A DNA stretch of 63,443 nt, the filler included, from Folioceros fuciformis (taxonomy: Eukaryota), in NCBI GenBank assembly GCA_049999805.1. It is 5 parts of 5 records of this genome, joined end to end, with 100 filler letters (N's around TTAATTAATTAA, not from the genome) between each part and the next. Parts side by side here need not be neighbours in the genome. Positions count along the whole stretch, not along the records: positions 57,043 to 62,105 come from JBNGIO010004014.1; positions 62,206 to 63,443 come from JBNGIO010004053.1; 3 more parts are not named here. One strand, written 5' to 3'. Below, piece after piece: positions 57,043-63,443 of the stretch. Position 1 is the first letter of the stretch; each line of letters begins with the position of its first letter. The notes below the pieces were generated by a model that was not told where the DNA came from, searched no databases, and saw only the letters and a list, made by a program, of their open reading frames with translations. The position numbers and the translations under genes are program-made.

Positions 57043-59625
57043 TGCTGCTCAACATACTCCACCAGGCAATCCAGTTGCTCCCGTCGAGGATCCTGCAGCA
57101 CCTTTCCTTCCAGATTTCGCTGAGAATGCTCCAAATCCGACCAATGTCCCTGCTCCTGTACCAGTACCAGCACAATATGAGCAAGAGCATCAAGGCATTC
57201 TAGACGATGTTTCACAAACTTCAAATGCTTCAGCCGACGCCGATCCGTTACCAGATTTTGCAGTGCAGGCTGATGATGATATCCCTATACCAGCTCCACC
57301 AGCTGAGCGCAGATATCCCGTCCGAGAAAGGTTACCACCAGCTCAGTGGAAAGAACCTCCATACTAGTCAGTCGATTTCCGGCGGCCTAGGGCAAGCCTC
57401 TCTCTGAAGGATACCGCTGATGAACGTCCTGTTTTCAAGCCCGAGCCACGCACCTACTCTGAGGCTATCACTGGAGCTGATAAAGCTCATTGGATACCCT
57501 CCATCCAAGATGAATATGATTCACTTATTAAGAACGACACATGGGAACTTTGCCCTCTACCTGCAGGACGTAAAGTGGTCAGCTGTAAGTGGGTATTCAA
57601 GCACAAACTTAATGAAAAAGGCGAGATTGCTAGATATAAATCCCGTCTTGTTGCTCGGGGCTTCACTCAAATTCCGGGTGTTGATTTTCAAGACATCTTC
57701 AGCCCTGTCGTTAAAACACAATCCATCAGAATCATACTTGCCCTTGCAGCTGCTAATGCCTGGGATTTGCAACAGATGAATGTCTGTATAGCATTTTTGT
57801 ATGGCAAGCTCGAAGAGGATATATACATGCAACAACCAGAGGGTTTTGTTGATTCAGAACATCCTACTTGGGCTTGTCGTTTGAAGAAAACCATTTACGG
57901 TCTCAAGCAGTCTGCCCGTAAATGGTACAAAACCATAGATAAATACCTTAAGTTCATTGGTTTTGTGCAGAATCCTGGCGATGCCAACGTGTATATGTAC
58001 TCTAAGGGTGGCCATCTCGTCATCTTGGCCCTTTATGTTGATGACGCCATTTTGGCATCCAACAATCCGGAGTCACTCTCTTGGGTTAAGAGTATGCTGC
58101 ATAAGCAATTTGACATGAAAGATATCGGTTCTCTCACCTTTATGCTTGGAGTTCAGTTGGTTAGTAACGTGGATGAGCAAACTCTTATTCTTCACCAGCG
58201 CAAGTATATCGTTGAGACTCTTCACCGATTCCATCTGGCTTCTTCCAATCCTGTGTCTACTCCAGGTGTCCCTAGCCTCAAACTTTCCACTGACGATTGC
58301 CCTACTGATGATGCTGAGCGTCAGGCCATGTTCTAGTATCCGTATCGTCATGCCGTTGGATGTTTAAATTACATCAGCTGTTGGACTCGCCCAGATATCC
58401 AGTATGCTGTCAGCTCGGTTTCACAATTTCTCGACAATCCTGGCCAAGCCCACTGGAGTGCGGTTAAGCGCATCTTGCAGTATCTTAAAGGAACTATGAC
58501 TTGCGGCTTATGCTTCAGGGGGCAAGAAAGCACACCTACTGTGTATGGATTTGCTGATGCCGATTGGGCCACCAATCCAGATGCCAGGCGAAGCATATCA
58601 GCCTACTGTTTCATCCTTTCTAATGCCGTTGTCTAGTGGAGCTCTAAGAAGCAAGCTTCTGTGTCTCTGTCCTCTACCGAGGCAGAGTACAAAGCCCTAA
58701 CTGAAGTTGCCAAGGAGGCTGTCTGGGAGCGTGCTTTCCTGCAGGGCCTTGGGTTTCCACAGCAGCAGCCGACGCTCCTTCATTTCGACAACATTTCTAC
58801 CATCCATATGACAACTAATCCCCATTTTCACGCACGTACCAAGCACATCGAAGTGCAACATCACTTTATTCGCTAACAAGTGGAGGAGAAGGTGGTCAGG
58901 CTCCAGCATGTCTCCACAGATCTTAACACGGCAGATTTGTTGACCAAGTATCTGCCCGCCAACAAACACTATCAGTTCATGGAGGCTCTAGGTGTGGGGC
59001 CATGTCCGGCTCCTTAGCATCTTTGTCTTATAGCTACAGGTGGTGCGGATGAAGCTCCACGTTTCAGTCCTAATCGCACACTGCAGCTGGAAGGTGACAG
59101 CAGTCACTTATCAGGAGGAAGGGGACATGCGGCAGCATTTTTCAGTTGTTCTACTAGCATTTCTTCTTCTATTATCAGGTATTGTGGTTCGGGGACCTTC
59201 ACAGCCGAGAAAGCGATCCACAGCCGGCANNNNNNNNNNNNNNNNNNNNNNNNNNNNNNNNNNNNNNNNNNNNNNNNNNNNNNNNNNNNNNNNNNNNNNN
59301 NNNNNNNNNNNNNNNNNNNNNNNNNNNNNGATCACGAACGCGCATCCTGCCAGATACTCTGTGAAGGATCCCGCCATATCTGCCACCTTTGCGTTGCTAA
59401 CAGAACGCTCCGTTTAAGGGGGCGTGTTAAGATATATAACCCCTACGTTTAGGGTTATGTATATATAAGTAAACGTAGCTATTGTTAGCAGCCTAGACTT
59501 TAGGGTTATGAATAGTCATGACTCTTAAAATTTGTATATAATTTATATCTGTGCTTAATTTATCATCTTCTGCTTTTGGTAATTGTGTGTGCACACTGCT
59601 CTTAGAAAATTATCACTTGTGGACA
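57043..59625 (+). mobile_element. Ty1/copia element E (RT-RNase H-3' LTR), related to elements C and D
   Basis: [35 protein letters not shown] and ADADWA. PPT AAGGGGGCG is followed by TGTTAAG at 59425. The right LTR end is approximate. Confidence 0.9.
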
Positions 59626-59741
59626 GTTGATTCGGAATGAGATTGAGGGTAACATAATCTACATTTTATTCCGACCGCTTTCTAACTAGCCTTTTGGTTG
59701 ATTTGCATCGATTTTGAATCATAACATCCTCAGAAAATGCC

Positions 59742-62105
59742 ATGTTCAATATCAAGAAGTTAGATGGTACTAACTTTCCGTTCTGGAAAGAACAAGTGTA
59801 TAATGTTCTAGTACAGAAGAAGCAGATCAAGCCTATGAAGCTGCTAGGAGTGAAACCCATTAGCATGACTCAGGATGAGTGGCAAGATCTAGATGAGCTT
59901 GCTAGGTCTACCATCATGCTAACATTGTCAAAGTCGGTCTACTTCAATGTGAAAGACAAGACCACAAGTCACGAGCTATGGCAGAAGTTGTGTGACCTGT
60001 ACAAGAAGCAAAGTATGGCTTCTCAGGTGCACTAGTTGAAACAACTGGTGGACTTGAAGATGAAGGAAGGGACAAGGATGTCCGATCATCTAATTGAGTT
60101 CAATACCATTTTCAGCCAACTCTCATCTCAAGGTATCTCGTTCCCAGATTCCGTGAGAGCTATGTTTCTGTTGGTCACATTACCAGAGAGCTGGGACACT
60201 CTTCGTACAGCTCTGAGTAATTCCGCTCTTGCCAGTGGTCTTACCGTTGTAAATGTAGAAGGTAGCCTATAAACAGAGGAGGTGAATAGGAAGAATATGG
60301 AACCTTTGAAAGGTTCCAATGCCCTCATGGTGAGAGGAAGGTCCCCTTCAAAGGGGAAGTACAAGGAGCGAAGTATTTCCCGTAGTAAGTCTCGTAGTCG
60401 TAACAATGTTGAGTGTTACCATTGTCACAAGAAGGGTCACATTAGAAGGGACTGCGAGAAGTTAAAGAAGGACAAAGGAAAGGAGAAGAAGCAGAGCGAC
60501 AACAAGGCAAGTTCGAGTATCAAGTGTGACGAGGTGAACTCTGTTGATGATGGCGATGTTCTTATCTCTTCTTCCTTCGATTCTACACAACTAACAGCCG
60601 TGGAGAGTCACTTATTCTCTAATTGGATAATTGACTCTGGAGTATCTTTCCATGTTACTCCGCATAGGGAGTGGTTTAGCACTTATGATGCTACTAGGAA
60701 AGGATGTGTTCGGCTTGGAAATAACTACGCATGCGAGATTGCAGGCGTTGGTGATGTGCAGCTGAAGTTCGACAACGGATCTTCATTCGTACTGAAGGAT
60801 GTTAGGCATGTTCCGAAGTTGACCAAAAGCATGATTAGCACAGGGCAGTTGGATGACGCTGGCTACCATTGTTGGTTTGGAGATCGTCCTTGGAAGATCT
60901 CCAAAGGTTCTCTTGTGTTAGCTCGTGGATTGAAGTGTAGCACTTTGTACTCACTTCAGGTAACCACTATTAAGGATCATGTGATTTGTGTAACGGAACA
61001 GCCAAGTGTTTCCTTATGGCATAGTCGGTTAGGACATATGTCTCAAAAAGGAATGAAGATCCTATCTCGTTTTGGTTACGTCCCTGCTTTTGACTTCTCC
61101 GATTTCTCCATGTGTAAGCATTGTTTGTATGGGAAACAAACGAAGTCACCACATGGAGCAAGAGGTAACCACAAAAGTAAACCTCTTGAGTTGGTTCACA
61201 GTGATGTTTGTGGACCTATGCCCACTGTATCATTAGGCGGTGCATCTATTTTGTTACTTTCATTGATGATTTCTCATACAAGGTGTGGGTTTATCCTTTA
61301 AGGAAAAAGGATGATGTTCTGACAGTGTTTCAGAAATTCGTCACCCTTATGGAGAATCAGTCTGGCCTCCGACTGAAGTGTCTAAGGACAGACAATGGGG
61401 GAGAGTATGTTTCGAAGGCTTTCCAGTCATTCTGTGATTCCAAGGGAATCAAGAGAGAATTGACTGCGCCGTATACTTCTCCCCAGAATGGTGTGGCCAA
61501 ACCGATGAATAAGACCATCTAGGAGAGGATGCGTAGTTGTTGTCAAACTCTGGATTGCCCAAGGGATTTTGGGCAGTGTCTACGGCAGTGCATCTTATTA
61601 ACAAATCTCTTAATAGGGCTGTGGATGAACAGGTTCCAAAAGAGATGTGGTCTGGGAAGAAGCCGTCTTACAAGCATATACGAGTGTTTGGCTGCGAGGC
61701 ATACTACCATGTTCCGAAGGAGTTTCGGGACAAGTTGGCACCCAAGTCCAAGAAATGAATTTTTCTTGGCTATGGTGAATCTGGTTAGATGGGATATTAT
61801 CTGTGGGATCCAAAGGCCAAGAGGGTGGTTGGCAGCAATGATGTGTTCTTCAATGAGACCAAGATACACAAGAAGCCTACTCCAATTGTGGAGGTGCGAT
61901 GGGTGGTCTTCCAAGAAGAGAGATTTAACCGTCCCGTGCAGGTTGAACGTTGTGCTGTGCAAGAACAAGTCCCTCCACTTGTAGAAGAGGAGAGAGTGCA
62001 ACCAGCTCTGGTCGAGGCGCTAGTGCTTCGTAGGTCAGGAAGGATCTCACGTCCTCCTAACAGGTATGTTGCATCTCTTGATTATGTCATGCTAACGGAT
62101 TGTGG
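59742..62105 (+). mobile_element. Tnt1-like Ty1/copia element F (gag-protease-integrase, decayed)
   Basis: IKKLDGTNFPFWK, CYHCHKKGHIRRDC, WIIDSG, LWHSRLGH, VHSDVCGP and LRTDNGGEY, with stops and frameshifts. Confidence 0.93.
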
Positions 62106-62205
62106 NNNNNNNNNNNNNNNNNNNNNNNNNNNNNNNNNNNNNNNNNNNNTTAATTAATTAANNNNNNNNNNNNNNNNNNNNNNNNNNNNNNNNNNNNNNN
62201 NNNNN

Positions 62206-63443
62206 AACTTAACTTATAATTCTCTAAATTATAAATTTTACTACTATAATATATATAAAACCTATTACTAGGCTAAGTAAAATAGTAGTTACTTTCTAAC
62301 GTTTAAGAGAAGGTATAAATAGTAATAGTATAACTATTATAATAATAGGTATAGATAGTACCTATAGAATAAAAGAAGTATAGACTTTTTTCTAGAATAA
62401 ACGTCTAAATAAGATATATATTAGTACGTTATAGTTAATAGAAACTACTAGAACTTTAATTAGTAAGTATATATATACTAGCTATATATAAAATATCTAG
62501 ACTAGAAGATTAAAAATAGATTTAATAATAAGACTTTTTTAAAGTAAATTATATAGTTAAATAAACTAAGCTCTATAAGACTAGAAACTAATAGTAAGCT
62601 AAAAAACTTAAAAGAATATACTTTAGTACTTAAAAACTCTATAATATTAAAATAAAAAGGCTTATTAAGCTTTTAGTAAAAATTTAAGAATATAGCTTTT
62701 AAGTCTTAGTAAATTTAGAAGTAGAATTAAATTATATTATAAAGAATATAGTATAATAAGTAGACTTTATTCTATAAAAGAAATATAACCTCTATAATAC
62801 TATTATAGCTAATAGAAAGNNNNNNNNNNAACTTAACTTATAATTCTCTAAATTATAAATTTTACTACTATAATATATATAAAACCTATTACTAGGCTAA
62901 GTAAAATAGTAGTTACTTTCTAACGTTTAAGAGAAGGTATAAATAGTAATAGTATAACTATTATAATAATAGGTATAGATAGTACCTATAGAATAAAAGA
63001 AGTATAGACTTTTTTCTAGAATAAACGTCTAAATAAGATATATATTAGTACGTTATAGTTAATAGAAACTACTAGAACTTTAATTAGTAAGTATATATAT
63101 ACTAGCTATATATAAAATATCTAGACTAGAAGATTAAAAATAGATTTAATAATAAGACTTTTTTAAAGTAAATTATATAGTTAAATAAACTAAGCTCTAT
63201 AAGACTAGAAACTAATAGTAAGCTAAAAAACTTAAAAGAATATACTTTAGTACTTAAAAACTCTATAATATTAAAATAAAAAGGCTTATTAAGCTTTTAG
63301 TAAAAATTTAAGAATATAGCTTTTAAGTCTTAGTAAATTTAGAAGTAGAATTAAATTATATTATAAAGAATATAGTATAATAAGTAGACTTTATTCTATA
63401 AAAGAAATATAACCTCTATAATACTATTATAGCTAATAGAAAG
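62206..63443. repeat. 614-bp AT-rich sequence with RIP-like dinucleotide bias, present twice around a 10-N gap
   Basis: 62206-62819 appears identical to 62830-63443. No CpA or TpG was found on reading, and TpA is very abundant. Confidence 0.9.

Noticed and set aside
62820-63443. Real 614-bp tandem duplication
   Set aside because: Identical copies flanking a 10-N gap are typical of a scaffolding overlap artefact.

Overview
This is eukaryotic nuclear DNA from a seed-free land plant, most likely a hornwort (inferred from a GRP-like DYW:KP PPR gene, a WW-type PPR gene and ~100-bp introns). The window is not contiguous: five scaffolds are joined by artificial 100-bp spacers (44 N + TTAATTAATTAA + 44 N) at 18050, 45160, 56943 and 62106. 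It contains many decayed or nested Ty1/copia elements, one Ty3/gypsy end and solo LTRs. Genes are an intact 15-exon malectin-like/GDPC/LRR receptor kinase and a gene island (LRAT/NC-domain gene, three PLS-class PPR genes, two small conserved genes). There are also fragments of PEPC, VIP3/SKI8 and an LRR gene, and a MULE/SWIM-type pseudogene. The most notable observations are: (1) a decayed prokaryote-style beta-class N4C/N6A DNA methyltransferase ORF at about 53.7-54.9 kb; (2) a PPR editing factor carrying an N-terminal OSB-type PDF ssDNA-binding motif; (3) a candidate U-to-C editing DYW:KP gene; (4) a permuted nested-retrotransposon arrangement sharing one TSD around the receptor kinase; (5) a final scaffold with a fungal RIP signature. 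All calls come from manual reading; no database searches were run.
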